Positions 41,190 through 49,278 of a stretch of 64,000 nucleotides of DNA are shown in pieces. The translations under genes and the position numbers were made by a program. The stretch is from sequence record SRR22947727_261; one strand, given 5' to 3'. Below the pieces are notes generated by a model. It was given only the letters and a program-made list of their open reading frames with translations, did not search any database and was not told the DNA's origin. Numbering within the stretch: position 1 is the stretch's first letter; every line of letters starts with the position of its first letter.

Positions 41190-42677
41190 TTAATTATCAT
41201 TTTTTGGGAAGCCTAAATCTACCTTACTATCAGCTGGATTAGGCCATCTTGAAGCAATTGATTTGGTTTTTGTATAAAACTCTATTGAAGAGTTCCCAAA
41301 AGCCTTGGTTTCTGAAAAACCGCTATCTTTCCAACCGCCAAAACTGTGTGAGTATGTAGGAAGAGGAATTGGAACATTGATACCAACTGATCCAGCTTGA
41401 ACTTCGTTAGCCCATTTTTGAGCAACTCCGCCATCACGAGTAAATAAAGCAGCTCCATTACCAAGCTTATGACCATCGGTGATATCCATCGCTTCTTCAT
41501 ATGATTTAGCTCTAACAAAACATAAAACAGGACCAAATATCTCGTTTTCGTAAACAGACATCCCAGGTTTTACATGATCAATTAGAGTAGCACCAACAAA
41601 AGAGCCCTCCTCCTTATCAGACAAAGGTCTTCCATCAACAACTAAAGTTGCCCCGTCAGGTTCTGCTGAATCTATGAAGGCATATATACGATCTTTATTT
41701 TCTTGAGATATAACTGGGCCTAGTTGCGTATCAGGATTATCTGTTTTACCCATTATAAGACTGGGCATTCTTTCTTTTATTTTCTCTACTAATTCATCAC
41801 CAATATCACCCACAGCAACAACAACAGAAACGGCCATACATCTTTGTCCAGCGGCTCCAAAGCTTGCCGAAACAGCTGCATCAGCAGCCATATTAAGGTC
41901 AGCATCTGGCAGGACAACCATATGATTTTTACCTCCACCAAGAGCTTGCACTTTAGTATTATTCTCAACTCCTAAAATTTTTAAACTTTTTGCCACAGGC
42001 GTACTTCCTATAAACGCTAAACCGGCTACTTTTTCATGACAAACTAATTGCTCAACAATATCCTTGCCGCCATTTAAGACGTTATAACAACCATCTGGGA
42101 AACCAGATTCTTTAAATATATCTGCATACAATCTTGATATTGACGGAACCTTTTCACTGGGTTTAGCAATAAATGTATTACCAGTTACTATAGCCATAGA
42201 GGCATGAAGTATAGGTATCAATATTGGAAAATTAAATGGTCCACAACCAACAACGACTCCAATTGGATACCTAACATCTGTTATATCTATTCCTCCTGCA
42301 ACATTAGGACTCATAATAGATGGATAAAAATGTTGAACACCAGCAGTATGAGTAAGTGCTTGAATAGCTCTGTCTAATTCTGCCTCAGCATCAGGCCGTG
42401 TTTTACCTGCCTCACTTACACAAATATTAATGATTTCGTCAGATCTATTAATAATTCCTTGTCTTAATTTTAATATTAATTCAGCTCTATAACTTAAACC
42501 TGTTTTAGACCAAGTTTTAAACTGTTTAGCTGCTGCATCAATGGCATTATTAGCACTATCCTTGGTAGCATATAGAACTTCACCTATATCAGTCCCGTAT
42601 GATGGATTTATAATAGCTATTGACTCGTTAGACTCAGAGCATTCTTTGCCATTTATATAATTTGTTACTTGATACAT
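41190..42677 (-). CDS. mmsA: CoA-acylating (methyl)malonate-semialdehyde dehydrogenase
   Basis: PFNFP, KPSEK, FIGST, GGKNH, AGQRCMA, EIFGPV, INVPIPLP, SFGGWK. Confidence 0.9.
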   Translation of the reverse strand: MYQVTNYINGKECSESNESIAIINPSYGTDIGEVLYATKDSANNAIDAAAKQFKTWSKTGLSYRAELILKLRQGIINRSDEIINICVSEAGKTRPDAEAELDRAIQALTHTAGVQHFYPSIMSPNVAGGIDITDVRYPIGVVVGCGPFNFPILIPILHASMAIVTGNTFIAKPSEKVPSISRLYADIFKESGFPDGCYNVLNGGKDIVEQLVCHEKVAGLAFIGSTPVAKSLKILGVENNTKVQALGGGKNHMVVLPDADLNMAADAAVSASFGAAGQRCMAVSVVVAVGDIGDELVEKIKERMPSLIMGKTDNPDTQLGPVISQENKDRIYAFIDSAEPDGATLVVDGRPLSDKEEGSFVGATLIDHVKPGMSVYENEIFGPVLCFVRAKSYEEAMDITDGHKLGNGAALFTRDGGVAQKWANEVQAGSVGINVPIPLPTYSHSFGGWKDSGFSETKAFGNSSIEFYTKTKSIASRWPNPADSKVDLGFPKNDN

Positions 42678-42713
42678 ATTGAATTCCTAACAGTATAATT
42701 TGTTATATTTATA

Positions 42714-42741
42714 TTGACTATCCTAACCACTTGACTAAACT
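42714..42741 (+). promoter_or_regulatory. promoter and operator in the divergent mmsA/hydroxylase intergenic region
   Basis: TTGACT (42714-42719), 16 bp, TAAACT (42736-42741). TAACCA-CT-TGACTA at 42724-42737 has a reverse complement matching the 49222-49235 site at 12/14. Confidence 0.55.
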
Positions 42742-42773
42742 TAATCAATAAAATTTATGTATATATATATTAA

Positions 42774-44339
42774 ATGCATTTCGATATAGCAATAATTGGT
42801 TATGGCCCTGTTGGAGCAGTAGCTGCTAATATGTTTGGAGCTAGCGGTCATAATGTTGTTGTTGTTGAACCAAAAAAAGATATATGGGATATACCTCGAG
42901 CTGTTGCTCTTGATGGGCAAACTCAAAGAATTTTTCAGTCAATGGGAATTATTAATGATATCGCCAGAACTTCATTCGAAGGACTTAAATTTATAAATAA
43001 AAAAGGTAAAGAGATCGTTTATGTTGACTTTTCAAACAATCCTCAACCCAATGGATACTATGAAACTGTTGGATTTAGTCAACCTAATCTTGAAAAAGAT
43101 TTGAGATCTATAGCGTCAAAATATGAAAATATAACTTTTAAATTAGGTGAGTCCCTTTCAGGACTATCCTCAGAAGTTAATAATAATTATTTAACTATAA
43201 CTAACCTAGACACAGGTGAAGAAGAGAAAATTTCATCAACTTATGTATTAGCATGTGATGGTGCTAATAGTTTTGTAAGACAAAAGCTTAATATAAAATC
43301 CTTTGATTATAAATGTGATCAAGATTGGATTGTTGTAGATTATGAAATAGATCCTAAATATAAAATTTTAGCAGGCCCTATGCATATATGTGATTATCAT
43401 AGACCTACAACCCTTGCACACATTGAAGGACAACACATTAGATGGGAATTTAAATTTAATGAAGGCGACGATGTTAATGAAATAGAAAAGCATAGCTCAA
43501 TTCGTTCAATGATGAAAAAACATGCATGGCGACTAAATCCTGATATTGATATCAATACTGGCAATATACTTAGAGCTAGTAAATATACTTTTCATGGGCT
43601 TGTTGCAGAAACCTTTAAGTCAAATAATTGTTTTTTTGTTGGAGACTCAGCCCATCAAATGCCCCCCTTTCTTGGTCAAGGTTTGTGTCAAGGAATAAAG
43701 GATGTCTATAACCTTCATTGGAAGTTAGATGGTGTGATTAGAGGTAAGTATGCTGACAAGGTATTAGAAACATATTCTGATGAGCGAATATCAATTGTTA
43801 AATTAGTTACTGAAACTGCTATTAAACATGGCGGGGTTATTGGAACTCAGAATAAATATATAGCTTTAATTAGAGATACATTGCTTAATGTGGCTAGAAT
43901 TTTTCCAAAATTATTAAGCTTTTTTGATTTTTATCACCCTTGGCAAATTACTAATGGGTTGATAGATAAGTCCTTATATCCCAACAAAGCAAATGGGATT
44001 GTTATATCCCAACCGAATTTAGATTTTAAAGTAGATAATAAATCGTTTGATCAATACATTGGTTATAACTTCGCATTAATAGTGTTTGATCAAAATGAAA
44101 AATTACTTAATGATATTAAAGCCCTAGAAAGCTCAAAAATATTTGAAGATAATATTTATTTAATAAATAAAGATAGTCCATTTAATAAAGATAGTAATTT
44201 TATAAAGTGGAAAAGAGATAATAAAATTTCAGCAGTTATAATACGACCAGACAGGCATGTATATGGATGTTGTGATAATGAATCAATGATTACAAAAGTT
44301 GATGAATTAAATAAAAAATTAATAAGTGAGCTAACATGA
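42774..44339 (+). CDS. FAD-dependent aromatic hydroxylase (MhpA-like)
   Basis: GYGPVG, PRAVALD, CDGANS, GDSAHQMPPFLGQG, IRPDRHVYG. Confidence 0.9.
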   Translation: MHFDIAIIGYGPVGAVAANMFGASGHNVVVVEPKKDIWDIPRAVALDGQTQRIFQSMGIINDIARTSFEGLKFINKKGKEIVYVDFSNNPQPNGYYETVGFSQPNLEKDLRSIASKYENITFKLGESLSGLSSEVNNNYLTITNLDTGEEEKISSTYVLACDGANSFVRQKLNIKSFDYKCDQDWIVVDYEIDPKYKILAGPMHICDYHRPTTLAHIEGQHIRWEFKFNEGDDVNEIEKHSSIRSMMKKHAWRLNPDIDINTGNILRASKYTFHGLVAETFKSNNCFFVGDSAHQMPPFLGQGLCQGIKDVYNLHWKLDGVIRGKYADKVLETYSDERISIVKLVTETAIKHGGVIGTQNKYIALIRDTLLNVARIFPKLLSFFDFYHPWQITNGLIDKSLYPNKANGIVISQPNLDFKVDNKSFDQYIGYNFALIVFDQNEKLLNDIKALESSKIFEDNIYLINKDSPFNKDSNFIKWKRDNKISAVIIRPDRHVYGCCDNESMITKVDELNKKLISELT

Positions 44340-44947
44340 ACAAAGTATCTAAATTAAAAACAATTAAAAGTAATAAAACAAAAGGCAGACAGAATGTTGA
44401 GAAGAAATTAATTGAATCAGCTGCAGTGCTTGTTGGTTCTATAGGACCAAATCAATTAACTATTAGAGATATAGCAGATCATGCAGGAGTAAATCATGCT
44501 CAAATACACCACTATTTTGGTGGTAAAGATGGACTTCTTACAGCTACATATAAGTTACTTGCTTTTGAACATATAGAGCAATTACAAAGAAGAAATGTTT
44601 CGGTTGATAATTTGATTAACGAGCCTCTGGGAGATATCACAAACAATTACTTTAAAGCAATCATCAGAGCAGTGCTAGACAATCGCATGGACTTGGTTAG
44701 AGTGCAGGTTGATTCAAATTTATCTATGTCTATAAAAACCCTAGATCAGTTAGTTAAGTTGAAAAATGAAAAAAAACCAACAGCTGAGATGAAAGCCGCA
44801 ATTGCAATAGTTATGGTTGTAGAATTCGGCCTTGCATCAATGAAGCCATATATTATGGAAGTTTTGGATATCAATGAAAAAGAAATGAAAAAATTCATGG
44901 ATTTTTTCTTTAAAGCAAGACAATCGGGTTTAAATGAAGTTTTATAA
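44336..44947 (+). CDS. TetR-family transcriptional regulator
   Basis: LTIRDIADHAGVNHAQIHHYFGGKDGL helix-turn-helix. Confidence 0.92.
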   Translation: MNKVSKLKTIKSNKTKGRQNVEKKLIESAAVLVGSIGPNQLTIRDIADHAGVNHAQIHHYFGGKDGLLTATYKLLAFEHIEQLQRRNVSVDNLINEPLGDITNNYFKAIIRAVLDNRMDLVRVQVDSNLSMSIKTLDQLVKLKNEKKPTAEMKAAIAIVMVVEFGLASMKPYIMEVLDINEKEMKKFMDFFFKARQSGLNEVL

Positions 44948-46484
44948 TTATTTACTATTATTTTTTACTCTGTCTATATATGGTCAACCCAATGTAATAA
45001 TAATCCTCACTGATGATCTTGGCTGGGGAGATGTTTCATATCATGGTGGATTTATACCAACTCCAAATATTGATAAGTTTGTTTCTAATGGTATTGAATT
45101 AAATAGGTTTTATGCTAATCCGACATGTAGTCCTACTAGAGCGTCATTATTAACAGGACTTCATATATTTAATCATGGAGTTATTAGGCCCTTCATGAAC
45201 CCATCAGCTGAACAAACAGGTCTACCCGAACATCTAAAAATAATGCCAGAATATTTTAAAGAAGCTGGTTATCAAACAGCATTATCTGGCAAGTGGCATC
45301 TAGGCATGCATAAAGAAGAATATTTACCAACTAATAGAGGTTTTGATTCTAGTTATGGTCATATGTTAGGTGGTATTGGCTATTATGATCATGTTCACAC
45401 CAATAGAATGGACTGGCATAGAGATGGCGTCTCATTAAATGAAGATGGGTACTCTACAGAATTAATAGCTGATGAGGCAATTAATATAATTAAAAATAAA
45501 GATGATGACCGCCCTCTTTTTCTCTATGTTGCATTCAATGCACCTCATACGCCAATTGAGGCACCAGAAGAAGATATTAACAATTTTTTATATATAGAAG
45601 ATGAATTAGATAGAAACTATGCAGCAAACATAAGCAAACTTGATATTGAAATTGGTAGAATTATTAATTCAATAAAAGACTTAGGAATACTTGAAGAAAC
45701 TATAATTATATTTTTAAGTGATAATGGGCCTGTTTTCGATATAAATCCAATAGTTAAAACAATTGCACCTGGTTTAACAAAATCTAAAGGCAGTACCGCT
45801 GGTCTTAGAGGTAGTAAAACTTCAGCTCTTGATGGCGGAATAAGAGTACCTGCAGCTATATGGTGGAAAGGAGTTCTTGAAAAATCAAAATCTGATCAGT
45901 TCATATTTATACAAGATTTACTTCCAACACTCTTAACAGCAACAGGAATTAGTTATGAACAAGATTTTGTCATTGACGGAGTTGATAGATGGGCTAATTT
46001 ACTAACAAATGAAATTACACCACCTGATAATGCATTTGTTGGAAATAAGATTATTTTTGATGAGAGAGCACTCTTTAATAACGATTGGAAGCTTTATTAT
46101 AAAAAACCAGTAATGTTTGATGTAGAAGGTACATTTAAGCTTTTTAATATAGTCAATGATCCTTATGAAAAAGAGGACTTATCAAGTACTGAAATAAATA
46201 TTTTTAATGAAATGAAAGATACTTTAATGAATATTAAAGAGCTTAATAGTATAGGAATAATAGATCCTGTGCATGCCTACTTACATGGCGATACTGAAGG
46301 TGGAGATGTTATAGGCTCACCTTGGTTGGACAGAGATTATGAGCTTAATCAGCCTGTATCAAAGACTGCAGGTTTCTTTATAATGGTGTGGGTTTTAATT
46401 CAATCATTTAAATATCAACTAATAGGACTAATACTTTTTTTTGTAACATGCAGATTTGCATACAAAAGCTACAAAGCTAGATAA
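44934..46484 (+). CDS. Cys-type S1 (aryl)sulfatase with signal peptide and C-terminal membrane anchor
   Basis: PNVIIILTDDLG, CSPTRASLLTG, GKWHLG, NAPHTP, SDNG; hydrophobic C-terminus followed by basic residues. Confidence 0.92.
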   Translation: MKFYNYLLLFFTLSIYGQPNVIIILTDDLGWGDVSYHGGFIPTPNIDKFVSNGIELNRFYANPTCSPTRASLLTGLHIFNHGVIRPFMNPSAEQTGLPEHLKIMPEYFKEAGYQTALSGKWHLGMHKEEYLPTNRGFDSSYGHMLGGIGYYDHVHTNRMDWHRDGVSLNEDGYSTELIADEAINIIKNKDDDRPLFLYVAFNAPHTPIEAPEEDINNFLYIEDELDRNYAANISKLDIEIGRIINSIKDLGILEETIIIFLSDNGPVFDINPIVKTIAPGLTKSKGSTAGLRGSKTSALDGGIRVPAAIWWKGVLEKSKSDQFIFIQDLLPTLLTATGISYEQDFVIDGVDRWANLLTNEITPPDNAFVGNKIIFDERALFNNDWKLYYKKPVMFDVEGTFKLFNIVNDPYEKEDLSSTEINIFNEMKDTLMNIKELNSIGIIDPVHAYLHGDTEGGDVIGSPWLDRDYELNQPVSKTAGFFIMVWVLIQSFKYQLIGLILFFVTCRFAYKSYKAR

Positions 46485-47139
46485 TTTCACAAACCTCCTC
46501 AAAATCTAAGCGTGGAAGCCTCATAAATATTTTAGATGGGTCTCCATATCCAATACAGCAAAGAAAGTTTGATTTTATATTCGTTCCGTTAAAAAATATC
46601 TCATCAACCATTGCATTATTAAATCCAGACATAGGCCCACAATCTAAACCTAAAGCTCTTGATACCATCATAAAATAAGCACCTTGAAGACTACTGTTTC
46701 TAAAAGCAGTTGAATGATTCATTATTTCATTTCCTTTATACATCGGCGCAACGTCCATATGAGGAAACAGTTTGCCCATATTGTCAGAAAAATCTAAATC
46801 AAATCCTATAATCGCAATAACAGGAGCAGACATAACTTTATCTATATTATTAGGTAAAAGAGATTCTTTGAGTTTAAGTTTTTGTTCCTCACTTTTTATA
46901 AATTTAAATCGGGCAGGACAGCAATTAGTGCTTGTTGGACCCATTTTTGTAAGTTCATAAATTGATCTAATTAATTCATCAGAGACATCTTTATCTTGCC
47001 AACCATTCATACTTCTTGCTTCACCAAACAATAAATTTAACTGAGATTCAGTTAATGAATCAGTATTATTTTTTAAATTAGAAAAAGTTTCTTGTGCAGC
47101 AGCAACTGCTTTTTTTTGATCATCAGTTAATTCAGTCAT
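46477..47139 (-). CDS. rutE: RutE-like nitroreductase-family malonic semialdehyde reductase
   Basis: LFGEARS, GPTSTNCCPARF, AFRNSSLQGAY, LGLDCGPMSGF, RLPRLDF. Confidence 0.85.
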   Translation of the reverse strand: MTELTDDQKKAVAAAQETFSNLKNNTDSLTESQLNLLFGEARSMNGWQDKDVSDELIRSIYELTKMGPTSTNCCPARFKFIKSEEQKLKLKESLLPNNIDKVMSAPVIAIIGFDLDFSDNMGKLFPHMDVAPMYKGNEIMNHSTAFRNSSLQGAYFMMVSRALGLDCGPMSGFNNAMVDEIFFNGTNIKSNFLCCIGYGDPSKIFMRLPRLDFEEVCEII

Positions 47140-47141
47140 TA

Positions 47142-48242
47142 TTATTCCTCACTAGTAGAAGCTTTAGCAGCTATTTCCATTTCTTTAATCATTCCCGGTA
47201 TTGTTGGATTTTCAGCTCTAGCTTTGTCAATTTGATCAACAGGCATAGTTATACCAAATGTATTTGGTACCTCTGGTCCATATTGAGCCATTGCTAAATC
47301 TCTGAATCCTGAATTTTCGGTTGGAACTGAAGCATCTATTAGATCTCCATCCGTCCAATGTTCATGAGTAAACCCATGCGGGTCTCGCCAATAATCATAC
47401 ATCTGACTACCAAGTAAATGTCTGCCTATACCCCATTCATGATAGTACTCATCAATTGTTTTCATATGATAGTGGCCAGCCATTAAGTCATCCACCGAAT
47501 CAGTTACTTCATAACCAGCATGTCCATATGCAACAACATCTATATCACCTGGCAAGCCCATATTATTTAAGGTGTGATGATCAACAGGCTTATCTCCCTG
47601 ATTACATCTCATGAAAGCACCCATTGAGTTACCGTCAGGACCAATACAGTTATTACTTGTTAAAAAACCAAGAGTGTTTGCATACCAATCTACAGAGGCT
47701 TGGGGATCTTTACAATTAATAGCGGTATGCCCTAATCTTTTTACTTTTGAAGTTAACTCATACACCCATTTATCTCCATGAACCTGCCATTCATCAGATG
47801 CTCGTCCAAAACGCTGTAATTCATTTTCTCTTTGCTTTGATTGACCTGTATTTAATACTTTTGAAACAATAGCAACAGGTTCTGCAGATACCATTCCGTG
47901 ACAAACCTCAACTTCAATACCGTCAGGATCAATAATAGTAACTTTATGCCCCCCACCAGGCTCATTATTTTTGACAATATCAACATTAAATTCATTAGAT
48001 AAGGCTTCCAAATCAGAATAATTATTAGCTTTATATGCTGACCCTATGTATTTATTTTCATTACCTTTGGTAGCTACATATATATAAGGTGATGTACCTG
48101 TTCCTCTAAAAAAAATACTATTTTCATCTTCATGTGCGAGAATCATTCCAAAATGATTTAAGTATTTCTTTTGGGCCTCAAATTCCTTAAGCTCAAATCT
48201 GACATAAATAATATCAGCTATTTTACATATAGGTTCTTTCAT
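47142..48242 (-). CDS. VOC-fold extradiol ring-cleavage dioxygenase (trihydroxytoluene oxygenase/DntD-like)
   Basis: KRLGH, VDHHT, WGIGRHLLGSQMYDYWRDPHGFTHEHWTDGD. Confidence 0.85.
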   Translation of the reverse strand: MKEPICKIADIIYVRFELKEFEAQKKYLNHFGMILAHEDENSIFFRGTGTSPYIYVATKGNENKYIGSAYKANNYSDLEALSNEFNVDIVKNNEPGGGHKVTIIDPDGIEVEVCHGMVSAEPVAIVSKVLNTGQSKQRENELQRFGRASDEWQVHGDKWVYELTSKVKRLGHTAINCKDPQASVDWYANTLGFLTSNNCIGPDGNSMGAFMRCNQGDKPVDHHTLNNMGLPGDIDVVAYGHAGYEVTDSVDDLMAGHYHMKTIDEYYHEWGIGRHLLGSQMYDYWRDPHGFTHEHWTDGDLIDASVPTENSGFRDLAMAQYGPEVPNTFGITMPVDQIDKARAENPTIPGMIKEMEIAAKASTSEE

Positions 48243-48244
48243 AA

Positions 48245-49105
48245 TTATTTCTCCTCTAGTAGTCTACTAATTTCTGATAAAGCAAGATCTTCATATTTAT
48301 TTGATCCACTTCCGTATAATGATTGTATTTCTATCTCCCATTCACCAGTAACATAATCTAATATTCCCTCTTTATAACTAGGTCGAGCTTGAATAGTTTT
48401 CCAATACTTAGCTAAATTTGGTAAATTCTCACTTGTTAATAGATTGGAAAATCTCATCTCATCTATTCTATGCAGTATGGAGGTCATACAAGAATCAATT
48501 GCTGTGTATTGATCTCCCATCATAAATAGTTTTTTATGATTAAGAATATTCTCAATAGAAATTAGATGTTTTGATAATGCTAAAGCCATTTTTTTACATA
48601 ATTTTTCTGGTGGTTTTCCAAGAACCCTTAATAGGATAAAAATAGGTATTCTTTTTTTTATGGAGTGTTTGGTTGAATAATCCCAAATAACACTCAATAA
48701 AGCTCTTTTACATAAAAGTCTTACTAAAACAGTTGCTGAAATTCCACCAGCTGTTGTACCTAATGTCTCACCTAGTTCTTTATCTTCATCAAGTCTTACA
48801 AAATCTAAAAGATTTTTAAATCTCTCTTGATTTAGATTATTAGGGAAAAGATCTGTACCGTGGGGATGGGTGGAATTAATATGCCTCATTATCTGAATAC
48901 TGTCAGGAATAATATTTCCGTTATCAATCATAGTAGGAACAAGATTTTTAGGATTTAACTTTTTGTACTCTTTTGATAGATGATCCCCTTTTGACTCCAA
49001 ATATAAAAGATTGTACTTGTAAGAAATATTTTTTTCGGACAAAGCAACTCTTGCCATATTTGAAGCAACAGATTCACCATATCCATATAGCTCTATTTTA
49101 TTCAT
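48245..49105 (-). CDS. glutathione S-transferase, long-insert type
   Basis: LY...S..S..ARVAL.EK, LNPKNLVPTM, DS..I, YTAID, ARPSY. Confidence 0.88.
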   Translation of the reverse strand: MNKIELYGYGESVASNMARVALSEKNISYKYNLLYLESKGDHLSKEYKKLNPKNLVPTMIDNGNIIPDSIQIMRHINSTHPHGTDLFPNNLNQERFKNLLDFVRLDEDKELGETLGTTAGGISATVLVRLLCKRALLSVIWDYSTKHSIKKRIPIFILLRVLGKPPEKLCKKMALALSKHLISIENILNHKKLFMMGDQYTAIDSCMTSILHRIDEMRFSNLLTSENLPNLAKYWKTIQARPSYKEGILDYVTGEWEIEIQSLYGSGSNKYEDLALSEISRLLEEK

Positions 49106-49157
49106 TTGATAAGAGTTAATAATTAACTATGAATAAGTAAAACATAAATAACTATTT

Positions 49158-49239
49158 TATCCAACTGGATAGTAAAAAGAAATTACAAAAAAAATTAGCC
49201 ATTTGGATAGTTGTAATTATTTATCCAAGTGGTTAGAAT
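49158..49239. promoter_or_regulatory. three palindromic operators plus the TBDR promoter
   Basis: TATCCA-AC-TGGATA (49158-49171), TAGCCA-TT-TGGATA (49196-49209), TATCCA-AG-TGGTTA (49222-49235). Promoter TTGTAA (49211-49216), 17 bp, TAGAAT (49234-49239). Confidence 0.75.
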
Positions 49240-49278
49240 AAATTAACTATATAAAAAAATATATCCAAGGGGGAATAT

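Noticed and set aside
42760-42770. (AT)n run here and at about 57566-57576 as phase-variable repeats
   Set aside because: Too short to stand out in an AT-rich genome
42774-44339. Calling the cluster a canonical mhp operon
   Set aside because: No MhpB (LigB-fold), MhpD, MhpE or MhpF homologs; the partners are a VOC dioxygenase and an FAH-family hydrolase
48245-49105. Naming the GST pcpC/linD and the cluster a lindane or pentachlorophenol pathway
   Set aside because: The PcpC catalytic Cys position is Ala, there are no linA/linC-like genes, and the dioxygenase is DntD-like. A xenobiotic-specific call is unsupported.
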